Source: Macrostomum hystrix
Lineage: Eukaryota > Animalia > Platyhelminthes
Direction of reading: 5' to 3'
NCBI GenBank assembly: GCA_950097015.1
Contig: CATNEN010000038.1
Coordinates: forward strand, 14,880,001-14,944,000
DNA: 64,000 bases
The position numbers and the translations under genes are program-made. The notes beneath the pieces are model-generated. The model searched no databases. It was not told the DNA's origin and saw only the letters and a list, made by a program, of their open reading frames with translations. Shown here piece after piece: positions 48,233 to 61,930 of the stretch; the first letter of the stretch is position 1, and each line of letters begins with the position of its first letter.

Positions 48233-51200
48233 ATGTCACACATAACAAAGCTTGTAACCTTGGATAGTATAGAGTATGTAAGGCTTTGCCATAAATTTCG
48301 CTTGATAAGCAGATGTTTGAGCAGTATTAAGCGCTCTGGCTCACCATTGGGACAGCCGATCAGGTAATTGATAAAAATTGTAGAATTTTGGTTTTGAAGA
48401 AGTAATTTAATATTTACATTTTAAGTAGTTCCCAGAGCATAATCATAGAAAATGTTGCTATACATAAAAATATTAATTTATTTGCTTGATGTATTTTTCT
48501 ATTCCTTATTATGAATGTGCTAGCCAGGGCTATTTCTTATTAGACCAGGGCTTATAATAGGCACCAATGTAGCATATACCCCCATATGATGGTCTTAATT
48601 ATGTTATGGCATATTGTACGCCAAACAAAATGTCCAATTTTTTACATCAAGAACTACTCCTTGTATGCCAACTCCAAAAATTTTCTATAAATTTGTTAAT
48701 TATATACCAGTAAGCTAACTCAAAAAAGTTAATATAATTAAATGAACAAATAATAGTTAAGCAAAAAAAACTTTCTGAGTAACATGTATTGTTAATATAT
48801 TATACAGATTTATTAGGATAAAAATGTAGCATACATTTTGTTTTACCTAATTAACTTAATCTTATAAATGCCAGTGCAGTTTATTTAAAAGCAAGACTTA
48901 TTCATGTTATTGAACAGTCCGATTAGTTCACTTGCAACTCATGAGGTGAAATGCCAAGTAGATAGCTAGCCTATATTATCTATCTATGCAGTATACATGC
49001 AGAACTAGTGTATGTGATTGGTACCATCCAGTCTAAAGGAAGCCTATTATGAATGAAAGCAGGATAAATATGTATTTGAAAACCTAGTGTAATTTAAGAG
49101 TTATTATTCATTTTCAAGAAAAAAAACAAAATAATGACTTGCTGCTTTGACTCATATATTACATGTTTTAAAAGTTTCATAGGGTCTACCCATTTAAATA
49201 GATATTTAAACATGCAATTTTTAATACTACATACTATATATATTAAAAGTTATAATAGAGAGGGAGCCCTACACACATTTTATAGTTGAAGCCCAGTTAA
49301 CAATCTAAACAATCATAAACTTTAATTAAGTAAAAAAGTCAATTTTGCTTTTGGCCTAGGCTAGACACTTGGTACCTCATTTCTAATTAAAATCTAAGTG
49401 TACTAGCTATTGTCCTGTACAAAAAATATTACAATTTGTAACATTATAATTATGTTTCAAATATTTTTGTCAGTAGATCTTTATTCTGAAAAATCTTGCA
49501 TTTTTATACCTTTCCAGAACCATTGGTAATCACCAGCCATGGGCATCTCCACAGCAGGCCTCAGCATCAATTGCTTGTGGCCAAGCAAGGCTGCAACTAG
49601 CTCAGACACTGCTGCTTAGGCAGCCTGTCAGGTCCTATTCAGGTAGGCCCTTGTTTAGTTAATAAACTTTTAAGGTTTTATTTAGGGTTTTAAGGTATAA
49701 CTGATATTTATGTTTTGCTTTTTTCTGACAATTTAATGATTTACTACTGCACAATTGCGAGTATTAGTCATGCACGTGGCTAAGTAAATAATGATTAACT
49801 TTTCATTATCATTTTTATGATTATGATTAGGCCTACTGATCATTTTTATCAGCAAATAACATTTATATTCATGACACATTGACTGTGGCCCAAAATGAAC
49901 AATATGCAATAGTTTATTTACTTTTTTTACACACCAAAAACCCACCATTATGAATCCTGCATTACCTCATCCCTTTCTTTACACCCTATCCCACCCCTAT
50001 CTATAAACCCTTTGTTATCCCACCCTTACCAGGAACTCTTCATTGCCTATCCCTTTAGTCAATGAACTATTCATTTCCCAATTCCACAGGCTGTGAATCC
50101 TATTATTATTTCTTACATCTAGCCTGTGAATTCCATGTGACCCATTCTCTCGAAATTTTCGATGCACAAAATTAAAGTAAGCTTTTTGGTGGAGTGATTG
50201 TTTCAATTTTTTGCTTATACATTTTAATTCAAAATATTACTATTCTTATATGATGTAATTAATTCAGTCCATTTCGGCCTGCGAATTTGTTAATTAATGA
50301 AATTTGTCAAGCTTGACGACCGTGTTTTAGACCTACCGCCGCACCAGACTATAGTCCTGCCTGCACTGTCCCCGACAATGGAATCCGGTTCTATTGTCTC
50401 TTGGGACAAATCAGTCGGCGACGAGATTAAAGAGGGCGATTTATTGTGCGAAGTTGAAACTGACAAAGCCACAATGGGCTTCGAAGCATCCGAAGCCGGC
50501 TTTCTAGCCAAGATCTTGGTGCCGGCTGGTACCAAAGGCTTGGCTCTGGGTTCACCAGTGTGCATTGTGGTGGCCAATAAAGCCGAGGTCGAAGCTTTTG
50601 CTAATTATACTCCGTCAGCGAGTGCCGCTGCTCCTACGGCACCCAAGCAACAGCAGCAGCAGCAGCCACAAGCTGCACCGTCAAATGCTACTAAAAGCAG
50701 TGCGTTGTGTATATAAGGGGCTCTGTTTTTTTGAAATTTTACCTTAACGGTTTGCTTTCTAACCATTAAATAAGTTAAAAATTTCCCAATATATATTTTT
50801 GTTGTAATTTGTTAAACAGTCTTTGTTGTGCCAAACACAAAGACTTCCAGTGTGGTTTTTTAAAGAGGTGATTCAACCTGAAAATGTTTTTTTGTTATTG
50901 TTGTTGTTTTTGTTTGCGTTCAGAGGTTGTAGCCTAGTGGTTAGGGCGTCGGACTTACGACTTAAAGGTCGTGGGTTCGATTCCCGACTCCACTGGAACA
51001 ATTTGTGTCCTTTAGCAAGACGCTTAACCCTGCATTGCTTCAGTTCACCCAGCTGTTAAATGGGTGCCAGCATCAGCTGGGATAATTGAAGGTGGGTGTG
51101 GCGTCCCCCCAGTCCATGGACTGAACAGCTGTACGCAGCCTTCAGATGCGCCGCGCAATAGCTGCGGCTGTGCTGTCGGCTGCACATCTGGCCCAATTGG

Positions 51201-54200
51201 GGCAGGTGTAATCAATTATTATAATTATTTATTATTGCGTTCAGTTAGAACTGAGGGATTTCTATGCATTTTGAATAACCCGAATCGCTACTTCGTCCTC
51301 TAGTTTTTAGCCAACGACATACACATTTTCCTATGACTTTTGTTTGTTTAGTGTGTTTAGTGACATTTTCCTATGACTTTTGTTTGTTTAGTGTGTTTAG
51401 TGACATTTTCCTGCTGTTCTAGTAATGATAAAAATATGTTCAAAATAGAGGATTATTCTATTGCTAAAATCACATTCTTCAATTGAAATCAGTCGATAGG
51501 TAATTGAATCCGTCTATAAAAAACGTTTAGATTTCCGATCCGTCTTGTCTGAGGGTGAGATTCTCGATCTGTTTTATCAGAGGGTGTGATTTTTTATTTG
51601 TCTTGCCGAAGGTTGAGAATTCTGATCTGTCTTGTCAGGGGGTGAGATTTTTGATCCACCCCGTCAGGGGGCGAGATTTCTGATCCACCCCGTCAGGGGG
51701 TGAGATTTCAGATCCACCTAGTCAGGGGGTGAGATTTCTGATCCACTTAGTCAGGGCGTGAGATTTCTGATCCACCTAGTCAGGGGGTGAGATTTCTGAT
51801 CCACTTAGTCAGGGCGTGAGATTTCTGATCCACTTAGTCAGGGGGTGAGATTTCTGATCCACCCAGTCAGGGGGTGAGATTTCTGATCCACTTAGTCAGG
51901 GGGTGAGATTTCTCATCCAAAAAGTCAAGGGGTGAGATTTTTGATCCACCCAGTCAAGGGGGTGAGATTTCCGATCCACCCCACCCAGTCAGGGGGTGAG
52001 ATTTCAGATCCACCTAGTCAGGGGGTGAGATTTCAGATCCACCCAGTCAGGGGGTGAGATTTCCGATCCACCCCACCCAGTCATGGGGTGAGATTTCAGA
52101 TCCACCTAGTCAGGGGGTGTGATTTCAGATCCACCCAGTCAGGGGGTGAGATTTCAGATCCACACAGTCAGGGGGTGAGATTTCTGATCCACCCAGTCAG
52201 GGGGGTGTGATTTCAGATCCACCCAGTCAGGGGGTGAGATTTCAGATCCACTCAGTCAGGGGGGTGAGATTTCTGATTCATCTTGTCTGCTTGAGATTTA
52301 CAAAACTTAAAATTGGATCAGCGAAAAAAAAATTGTAGTTAGTCATCTGACAAGCCTACAATTCATTTAATTGCCAATGCCTTACTAATGCTTCGAAACC
52401 TGTTTTCTTTTGTGCTAAAAGTAAAATTCTAAGAATTGAAACTCATTTCAATATAAAAAGATCCTTGATGATACATTTTCCCACAGATCTTCCGCCGCAC
52501 AAGGCCATCACGTTGCCGGCCCTATCGCCAACCATGGAAATGGGCACAATTGTCTCCTGGGAGAAGAAGGAAGGTGATTATGTGAAGGAGGGCGATCTAC
52601 TAGCCGAGATTGAGACGGACAAGGCCACAATGGGCTTCGAGGCCAGCGAGGAAGGCTACCTGGCCAAGATTTTTGTACCGGCCGGTTCGAAAAGCATTCG
52701 CTTAGGCTCTGTGCTCTGCGTCCTGGCCGAAAATGAAGCGGACGCGGCCAAATTCGCCTCCATCACGGCCGCCGAGCTGGGCGGAGCTCCGCCCGCGCCG
52801 CCTGCCGCCACTCCGGCTCCAGCGCCAGCCGCCGCTCCCGCCCCCGCGTCCGCCCCCGCATCCGCCCCCGTCTCCGCCCCCGTCTCCGCCCCGACTGGCG
52901 ATAGGATCAAAGCTTCGCCCTACGCCAAACTGATTGCCAAAGAGAAGGGCGTCAATTTGGCCAGCGTTGGCACCGCATCTGGCGCCGACGGTCGCATCGT
53001 CTCAGCCGATGTCTTGAATGCGGCGGCTGCCGCGCCAGCTCCTACTAGAGGTCAGCCCGTCGCAGGCGCCACCGCCGCCTCTGTCTCTGTACCGCCTGGA
53101 GCTGACTATGTCGACTTGCCGCTGTCCAACATGCGCGCTACCATCGCCAAGCGGCTGACCCAATCCAAGCAGTCGATTCCGCATTATTATCTTACCGTTC
53201 AGGTCAGTTAAATGCAATTATCTTTAGAAAATTGTTAACGTTTTTCTATACATATCGGCAACCTTATATATTTTTTCGATCTAGTAGTTACTTATAAGCA
53301 GACAAAGTAGTCCAGTAGTTAGAGCAGGGGTCGACAAAATTCGCCCGATGCGGCCCTTGAAGCTCCCAGTCCCAAATCCGGCCCGTTGCTCCTTCCGACA
53401 CCTTATGGTATCCTGTTTCATCTTTCCTGTCTCATCTCTCCTCAGTCTCGTCTCTCCCGTGTCTCATCTCTCCTCAGTCTCGTCTCTTCCGTGTCTCATC
53501 TCTCCTCAGTCTCGTCTCTTCCGTGTCTCATCTCTCCTCAGTCTCGTCTCTTCCTTGTCTCATCTCTCCCGTGTCTCATCTCTCCTGTGCCGTGTCTCAT
53601 CTCTCCCGTGTCTCATCTCTCCCGTGTCTCATCTCTCCCGTGTCTCGTCTCTCCCGCGTCTCATCTCTCCTCAGTCTCGTCTCTTCCGTGTCTCATCTCT
53701 CCTCAGTCTCGTCTCTCCCGCGTCTCATCTCTCCTCAGTCTCGTCTCTTCCTTGTCTCATCTCTCCCGTGTCTCATCTCTCCTGTGCCGTGTCTCATCTC
53801 TCCCGTGTCTCATCTCTCCTCAGTCTCGTCTCTTCCGTGTCTCATCTCTCCTCAGTCTCGTCTCTCCCGTGTCTCATCTCTCCTCAGTCTCGTCTCTTCC
53901 TTGTCTCATCTCTCCCGTGTCTCATCTCTCCTGTGCCGTGTCTCATCTCTCCCGTGTCTCATCTCTCCCGTGTCTCATCTCTCCTCAGTCTCGTCTCTTC
54001 CGTGTCTCATCTCTCCTCAGTCTCGTCTCTCCCGCGTCTCATCTCTCCTCAGTCTCGTCTCTTCCTTGTCTCATCTCTCCCGTGTCTCATCTCTCCTGTG
54101 CCGTGTCTCATCTCTCCCGTGTCTCATCTCTCCCGTGTCTCATCTCTCCTCAGTCTCGTCTCTTCCGTGTCTCATCTCTCCTCAGTCTCGTCTCTCCCGC

Positions 54201-57200
54201 GTCTCATCTCTCCTCAGTCTCGTCTCTTCCGCGTCTCATCTCTCCTCAGTCTCGTCTCTCCCGTGTCTCATCTCTCCTCAGTCTCGTCTCTTCCGTGTCT
54301 CATCTCTCCTCAGTCTCGTCTCTTCCGTGTCTCATCTCTCCTCAGTCTCGTCTCTTCCTTGTCTCATCTCTCCCGTGTCTCATCTCTCCTGTGCCGTGTC
54401 TCATCTCTCCCGTGTCTCATCTCTCCCGTGTCTCGTCTCTCCCGCGTCTCATCTCTCCTCAGTCTCGTCTCTTCCGCGTCTCATCTCTCCTCAGTCTCGT
54501 CTCTCCCGTGTCTCATCTCTCCTCAGTCTCGTCTCTTCCGTGTCTCATCTCTCCTCAGTCTCGTCTCTTCCGTGTCTCATCTCTCCTCAGTCTCGTCTCT
54601 TCCTTGTCTCATCTCTCCCGTGTCTCATCTCTCCTGTGCCGTGTCTCATCTCTCCCGTGTCTCATCTCTCCCGTGTCTCATCTCTCCCGTGTCTCGTCTC
54701 TCCCGCGTCTCATCTCTCCTCAGTCTCGTCTCTTCCGCGTCTCATCTCTCCTCAGTCTCGTCTCTCCCGTGTCTCATCTCTCCTCAGTCTCGTCTCTTCC
54801 GTGTCTCATCTCTCCTCAGTCTCGTCTCTTCCGTGTCTCATCTCTCCTCAGTCTCGTCTCTTCCTTGTCTCATCTCTCCCGTGTCTCATCTCTCCTGTGC
54901 CGTGTCTCATCTCTCCCGTGTCTCATCTCTCCCGTGTCTCATCTCTCCCGTGTCTCGTCTCTCCCGCGTCTCATCTCTCCTCAGTCTCGTCTCTCCCGCG
55001 TCTCATCTCTCCTCAGTCTCGTCTCTCCCGCGTCTCATCTCTCCTCAGTCTCGTCTCTTCCGTGCCGTGTCTCATCTCTCCCGTGTCTCATCTCTCCTCA
55101 GTCTCGTCTCTTCCGTGTATCATCTCTCCTCAGTCTCATCTCTCCCGTGCCGTGTCTCATCTCTCCCGTGCCGTGTCTCATCTCTCCCGTGTCTCATCTC
55201 TCCCCTGTCTCATCTCTCCCCTATCTCATCTCTCCCGTGTCTCATCTCTCCCCTGTCTCATCTCTCCCCTATCTCATCTCTCCCCTATCTCATCTCTCCC
55301 CTATCTCATCTCTCCCCTGTCTCATCTCTCCCCTATCTCATCTCTCCCCTGTCTCATCTCTCCCTTATCTCATATTTCTACAGACAATGCGACCCGGTAT
55401 CGTCTTTGGCCCGCTTGCTAATAAGTTTGCCGACCCCTAATTTAGCGCTTCTTACCAAGCATCCAAAGTTCGAATCTGCGGCACAAGCATTTTTTATCAG
55501 TAACTATGCTTAGCTATTAGCAAAAGTTTCCAATGTATACAATGGTGCTTGTAACTATTACTGCAAGTAATACTAGGAAGGTTGTAGATCATTGGCTAGA
55601 GCTTGTAGCTCAATTCTCATTCCCATTCAAAGATCCCCATGGACAAAGTCCTGCGCGTTCGTTCCGAGCTAAACAAGCAACTGGCCAGTCGAAATGTCAA
55701 ACTGTCCGTCAACGATTTTGTCATCAAAGCTGCCGCCGTGGCCCTGGGCCGAGTGCCCGAGTGCAACAGCGCCTGGCACGACTCGTTCATCAGGCAGTAC
55801 AGCAGGGCCGATATTTCGGTTGCTGTGGCCACTGACAATGGTCTCATTACGCCTATTGTGTTTAGCGCCGATGCCAAGGTGATAAAAAAATTCTGGAATG
55901 CAACTTTTTATTGCTTACGACTGTTTCCTCACTCTCTCCTCCCCTCTTTTCCCACCAACTCCTCTCTATTCCCACTCTTTTCTCCCCTATACCCCCACTC
56001 TCTGCTCCCCTTTTCCCCACTTTCGTCTCCCCTATTTCCCCACTCTTTTCTCCTTCACTCTATTCTCCCTGCGTTTTCACTGATCCCAGGGCCTGGTCGG
56101 CATCAACACTGACGTAGTTCGCCTAGCCGAGAAGGCCCGGGCCAACAAGCTGAAGCCGCAGGAGTTCCAGGGCGGCACCTTCACCATCTCCAACCTGGGC
56201 ATGTTTGGCATCCAGTCATTCTCGGCCATCATCAACCCGCCCCAGGCCTGCATTCTGGCCGTTGGCGGAGCGCAAAAGATTTTAGTCCCTGCCCCGGCTA
56301 AGGAGGGAGAGAAGGAAGGGTGAGTTATGGATTCAACATCTTTTTCTCTCTTGAAACACCCCTCTAGATTGGTTTCTGTTTGATCTAGAAACACCCCTCC
56401 AGATTAGTTTATTTTTTATCTAGAAACACCCCTCTAGATTGGTTTATATTTGATCTATAAACACCCCTCTAGATTGGTTTATATTTGATCTATAAACACC
56501 CCTCTAGATTGGTTTTTATTTGATCTAGAAACACCCCTCTAGATTGGTTTTTATTTGATCTAGAAACACCCCTCTAGATTGGTTTATATTAGATCTAAAA
56601 ACACCCCTCTAGATTGGTTTTTATTTGATCTAGAAAAACCCCTCTAGATTGGTTTATATTTGATCTAGAAACACCCCTCTAGATTGGTTTTTATTTGATC
56701 TAGAAAAACCCCTCTAGATTGGTTTATATTTGATCTAGAAACACCCCTCTAGATTGGTTTATATTTGATCTAGAAACACCCCTCTAGATTGGTTTATATT
56801 TGATCTAGAAACACCCCTCTAGATTGGTTTATATTTGATCTATAAACACCCCTCTAGATTGGTTTATATTTGATCTAGAAACACCCCTCTAGATTGGTTT
56901 ATATTTGATCTAGAAACACCCCTCTAGATTGGTTTATATTTGATCTAGAAACACCCCTCTAGATTGGTTTATATTTGATCTAGAAACACCCCTCTAGATT
57001 GGTTCATATTTGATCTAGAAACACCCCTCTAGATTGGTTCATATTTGATCTAGAAACACCCCTCTAGATTGGTTTATTTCTTAGAAGAAAAGCGATGGGT
57101 TTTTTCTTTTATTGATAAATGAAATTTCGTCGAAATATTTTGAGGTAGTTAAAGAGAACTCGCAAGTATATATTAATTTTGTCCCATTAACAGCCGTATT

Positions 57201-57403
57201 CCGTTTTAAAGTAGTATTTTAGGCAAATAGCAATTTGTTTAAAGTAAACTTTTTAACTATTTTGATTCGGCAGTTTCGCCAGTAGCACAGTGATGCACGC
57301 CACTCTATGCTGCGATCATCGCGTTGTCGACGGCGCAGTCGGAGCCAGGTGGCTTAGCGAGTTCAAGGCCTGCTTGGAGGATCCCTACAATATGTTGCTG
57401 TAA
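48233..57403 (+). CDS. DLAT: dihydrolipoamide S-acetyltransferase, E2 of pyruvate dehydrogenase, two lipoyl domains, ~648 aa
   Basis: Exons 48233-48363 (putative, Arg/Ser-rich presequence, lower confidence), 49518-49642, 50331-50699, 52487-53202, 55633-55878, 56090-56319, 57274-57403; phases consistent (1947 nt). Motifs: ETDKAT x2, ASPYAK..G.DGRI (PSBD), [30 protein letters not shown]. Confidence 0.95.
50925..51237 (+). mobile_element. full-length tRNA-derived SINE family A with CORE/Nin-like central domain, in DLAT intron
   Basis: A box TAGCCTAGTGG, B box GGTTCGATTCC. Central GTGTCCTTTAGCAAGACGCTTAACC...CACCCAGCTGTTAAATGGGT resembles conserved SINE core domains. (ATT)n-like tail; two more copies in the window. 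Confidence 0.88.
51540..52285. repeat. 29-bp minisatellite GATCCACCCAGTCAGGGGGTGAGATTTCT
   Basis: 29-nt period, in the DLAT intron between the lipoyl exons. Confidence 0.93.
53325..55439. mobile_element. hAT (Charlie-like) MITE whose interior is a ~2-kb satellite
   Basis: TIRs CAGGGGTCGACAAA (53325) and TTTGCCGACCCCTA (to 55439), subterminal GGCCCG/CGGCCC motifs, imperfect 8-bp TSD agttagag / atttagcg (6/8). Confidence 0.75.
53410..55375 (+). repeat. TCTCATCTCTCC-family satellite with higher-order structure
   Basis: Alternating GTGTCTCATCTCTCC and TCAGTCTCGTCTCTTCC subunits; the three >600-aa ORFs here are artefacts. Confidence 0.96.
56350..57078. repeat. 35-bp minisatellite CTAGAAACACCCCTCTAGATTGGTTTATATTTGAT, ~20 copies
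   Basis: 35-nt period, starting ~30 nt after the DLAT donor at 56320. Confidence 0.96.
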
Positions 57404-57596
57404 ACTTTGCCGCTCGCCTAGACTTGCAACGGAAGATTTGAGTCTGCTAAATTTTGAGACGGAAAAAACGCTTTCATGCTCATATTTTTGCGAATTAAAA
57501 CTAGAGAACCTAAAAAATGGAGACAAAGGCTAGGAAAATAATAGATTAATAACATTTTTATATCGGTTTATCTTGTGATTTATATCCATAAACAAG

Positions 57597-58930
57597 GCTT
57601 TGAGCTGTGTTTTGAGACCAACTTTGAGCTGTCTTTTTAGACCAGCTTTGAGCTGTCTTTTGAGACCAACATTGAGCAGTCTTTTGAGACCAACTTTGAG
57701 CAGTCTTTTGAGACCAGCTTTGAGCAGTCTTTTGAGACCAACTTTGAGCTGTCTTTTGAGACTAGCTTTGAGCTGTCTTTTGAGACCAGCTTTGAGCAGT
57801 CTTTTGAGACTAGCTTTGAGCAGTCTTTTGAGACCAACTTTGAACTGTCTTTTGAGACCAACTTTGAGCTGTCTTTTGAGACCAACTTTGAGCTGTCTTT
57901 TGAGACCAACTTTGAGCTGTCTTTTGAGACCAACTTTGAGCTGTCTTTTGAGACCAACTTTGAGCTGTCTTTTGAGACCAGCTTTGAGCAGTCTTTTGAG
58001 ACTAGCTTTGAGCAGTCTTGAGACCAACTTTGAAATGTCTTTTGAGACCAGCTTTGAGCTGTCTTTTGAGACCAACTTTGAGCTGTCTTTTGAGACCAGC
58101 TTTGAGCTGTCTTTTGAGACCAACTTTGAGCTGTCTTTTTAGACCAGCTTTGAGCTGTCTTTTGAGACCAACATTGAGCAGTCTTTTGAGACCAACTTTG
58201 AGCAGTCTTTTGAGACCAGCTTTGAGCAGTCTTTTGAGACCAACTTTGAGCTGTCTTTTGAGACCAACTTTGAGCTGTCTTTTGAGACCAACTTTGAGCA
58301 GTCTTTTGAGACTAGCTTTGAGCTGTCTTTTGAGACCAGCTTTGAGCAGTCTTTTGAGACTAGCTTTGAGCAGTCTTTTGAGACCAACTTTGAACTGTCT
58401 TTTGAGACCAACTTTGAGCTGTCTTTTGAGACCAACTTTGAGCTGTCTTTTGAGACCAGCTTTGAGCAGTCTTTTGAGACTAGCTTTGAGCTGTCTTTTG
58501 AGACCAGCTTTGAGCAGTCTTTTGAGACTAGCTTTGAGCAGTCTTTTGAGACCAACTTTGAACTGTCTTTTGAGACCAGCTTTGAGCTGTCTTTTGAGAC
58601 CAACTTTGAGCTGTCTTTTGAGACCAGCTTTGAGCAGTCTTTTGAGACTAGCTTTGAGCAGTCTTTTGAGACCAACTTTGAACTGTCTTTTGAGACCAGC
58701 TTTGAGCTGTCTTTTGAGACCAACTTTGAGCTGTCTTTTGAGACCAGCTTTGAGCAGTCTTTTGAGACCAACTTTGAGCTGTCTTTTGAGACCAGCTTTG
58801 AGCTGTCTTTTGAGACCAGCTTTGAGCTGTCTTTTGAGACCAACTTTGAGCAGTCTTTTGAGACCAACTTTGAGCTGTCTTTTGAGACCAACTTCGAGCT
58901 GTCTTTTGAGACTTTTGACTCTTTTGAGAC
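57597..58930. repeat. 24-bp minisatellite TTGAGACCA(A/G)CTTTGAGC(T/A)GTCTT, ~55 copies
   Basis: Tandem copies ~200 nt downstream of the DLAT stop. Confidence 0.96.
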
Positions 58931-60119
58931 AGACAGGAACTTATTTTTCCTACTCATACATAGCTTCCTTACTTTGTCTCTTAATACTGTTACTGAAATC
59001 TAAAATAAAATTTTACAATTAATGCCATAGAATCGGAGCAAATCTCGACACAGATTTTCATAAATTAATTGTTTGAAAACATAATTTGCAGCACAGCTTT
59101 CTTATTTTGTATTGTAGAATAGTTTTTGCAGTTTTTTAGTCTTCTTAATTCCCCTTACTACTCAGTTGTCGAAACGTAACACCTACCTGTTTGAACGCGT
59201 GCCTGTTTAGACATAGATGAGAAAGCGAAAAAGTTTTTCGTAACTTTTGTTTTTAGTTCCTTTCATACGTATTCAGAGCAAACAGTTTTTTTTCTCTATC
59301 TCGTAACTAATTATCTGACGAGGCTAAGTTGGTCATATTTATCTGCCGTCTTTAATGGTGAATTCCGAAATTAAGCGTCTTGTCTGTCCCTTTTTAGTTG
59401 CAAAATCGGCAGTGAAAAGATAAATACCTAATATACTACTGTTTTGATGCTATTAATAGTTTTGTTTAGTTTCTTATATAATTTAGTTTTTTATCAAATT
59501 CGCTTTTGTTGCCATCCGAGTGTTGGTGAAGCGTTTAAACTTACTAATTAGAAATAATTTTAGCCTATAGTTTGATATAATAATTCTATGAAACTCGCTT
59601 AGTCTGATATTAGTATCATACGATTGTCTGTCTATAAATAAATCACTAAAATAGTTGTCTATTTGAAAAAACTGTCTAGACTTTTAACTGGTTCTAGTTT
59701 AGTCCGTTGAATTTATCGTTTTAACATTGTTTTTGTTGTCTTAAGTAAAATCTGATTTGAGTGAAGTGTTGACTTGTCTGTGGTAGATTTGAGCGAAGTG
59801 TTGATTTGTCTATGGTAGATGTTAGTGAAGTGTTGATTTGTCTATGGTAGCTTTGAGTTGAACTGTTAAGTTGTCTTTGGTAGATTTGAGTGTAGTTATT
59901 AACTTGTCTATAGTGGATTTAGTTAGTTTTCAGTAGTTTTTGATAGATTTAAGTTCTAATGGTTTGAGTTTTGTATGGTGGATTTTTGTAGTTTTTAATT
60001 GACTGTGATAGAGTTGTTATGCAAATAATTTTTCGGAAAATACATCGCTTTCTATAATATATACTACTTTAAGTAAGAACTATTACAAATAGTCAAGACA
60101 AACAGCTACATAGTCTAGT

Positions 60120-60419
60120 AATCCGATTGGCTCTTGTGTATATTCACCGATGATGTCGTGAATTGTGCAGTGATTGGCTAACACTGCTTCTGTATAGAGT
60201 TAGTAGTGCTGTGCCTCTAGTAAGCAAATATATAGGGCACAAAACAGCCTTAGTATCGCATAAAGACAGATACTAGAGAGACACATATTAAAGTCTTTTG
60301 CAATCAAGGACAGTAAAAAGAGATTCTGTCGTCTCTATGTAGCAAGCTGTATTGTAAGCTATTTAAAAAAATAGCTTGTCTTTCTTAGTATTCCAAACTA
60401 AAAGGCTAGGCAGGTAAGA
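60120..60419 (+). promoter_or_regulatory. candidate Pol II promoter and non-coding first exon of a downstream + strand gene
   Basis: Two ATTGG (inverted CCAAT) boxes at ~60126 and ~60173, TATA-like AATATATAG at ~60227, and a strong donor GCAG|GTAAGA at 60413/60414. Confidence 0.45.
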
Positions 60420-60772
60420 TCCATTATATGATTGCTTTTAATTATCAACTGCAGTGTTGTACGTTAACTGGGACACGGCCGACTGCATAGATTCCCTGTC
60501 TTAGAAGTTGCTGTCAATCAAATTAGACAGTTTGGTTAGGCGTGGTTCCATATGAAGAGTGGGCTCTTGACAATTATCTGCTTGTGCGCTGTGCATGCAT
60601 TTTTAACTCTGTGTGTATACACTAGTTTAGTGTCATTCTGTGCATGCAAGCAAGCAAGCTAGCGGTGTAATGCTATGTACTAGAGGTTAAAAATTCCACG
60701 TTTTCCTATTTCTATTTTCATTTGTAGCATTTAAAAAACTGATAGTTCAAGATCAAACGATGTTTTTTTAAT

Positions 60773-61930
60773 GAATCACAGGTGTATCAACTCTAACTGA
60801 TAAGAATCACAGGTGTATCAACTCTAACTGATAAGAATCACAGGTGTATCAACTCTAACTGATAAGAATCACAGGTGTATCAACTCTAACTGATAAGAAT
60901 CACAGGTGTATCAACTCTAACTGATAAGAATCACATGTGTATCAACTCTAACTGATAAGAATCGCAGGTGTATCAACTCTAACTGATAAGAATCGGGGGT
61001 TGTATCAACTCTAACTGATAAGAATCACAGGTGTATCAACTCTAACTGATAAGAATCACAGGTGTATCAACTCTAACTGATAAGAATCACAGGTGTATCA
61101 ACTCTAACTGATAAGAACCACAGGTGTATCAACTCTAACTGATAAGAACCGCAGGTGCATCAATTCAAACTGATAAGAATCACAGGTGTATCAACTCTAA
61201 CTGATAAGAATCACAGGTGTATCAACTCTAACTGATAAGAATCACAGGTGTATCAACTCTAACTGATAAGAATCACAGGTGTATCAACTCTAACTGATAA
61301 GAATCACAGGTGTATCAACTCTAACTGATAAGAATCACAGGTGTATCAACTCTAACTGATAAGAATCACAGGTGTATCAACTCTAACTGATAAGAATCAC
61401 AGGTGTATCAACTCTAACTGATAAGAATCGCAGGTGTATCAACTCTAACTGATAAGAATCGGGGGTTGTATCAACTCTAACTGATAAGAATCACAGGTGT
61501 ATCAACTCTAACTGATAAGAATCGGGGTTGTATCAACTCTAACTGATAAGAATCACAGGTGTATCAACTCTAACTGATAAGAATCACAGGTGTATCAACT
61601 CTAACTGATAAGAATCACAGGTGTATCAACTCTAACTGATAAGAATCGCAGGTGTATCAACTCTAACTGATAAGAATCGGGGGTTGTATCAACTCTAACT
61701 GATAAGAATCACAGGTGTATCAACTCTAACTGATAAGAATCGGGGTTGTATCAACTCTAACTGATAAGAATCACAGGTGTATCAACTCTAACTGATAAGA
61801 ATCACAGGTGTATCAACTCTAACTGATAAGAATCACAGGTGTATCAACTCTAACTGATAAGAACCACAGGTGTATCAACTCTAACTGATAAGAACCGCAG
61901 GTGCATCAATTCAAACTGATAAGAATCACA
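60773..61930. repeat. 31-bp minisatellite GAATCACAGGTGTATCAACTCTAACTGATAA, ~37 copies
   Basis: 31-nt period seen directly. Confidence 0.97.

Noticed and set aside
50925-51000. tRNA-like sequence (also 15990-16034, 18330-18392)
   Set aside because: These are SINE heads: A/B boxes are present, but there is no complete cloverleaf and each is followed by a shared repeat body.
53348-55513. Long ORFs of 632-721 aa, and similar ORFs at 4100-8969, 11938-12681, 21558-22595, 30156-31280, 57530-59022
   Set aside because: These are translations of stop-free tandem repeats, often open in several frames and lying inside introns or intergenic gaps.
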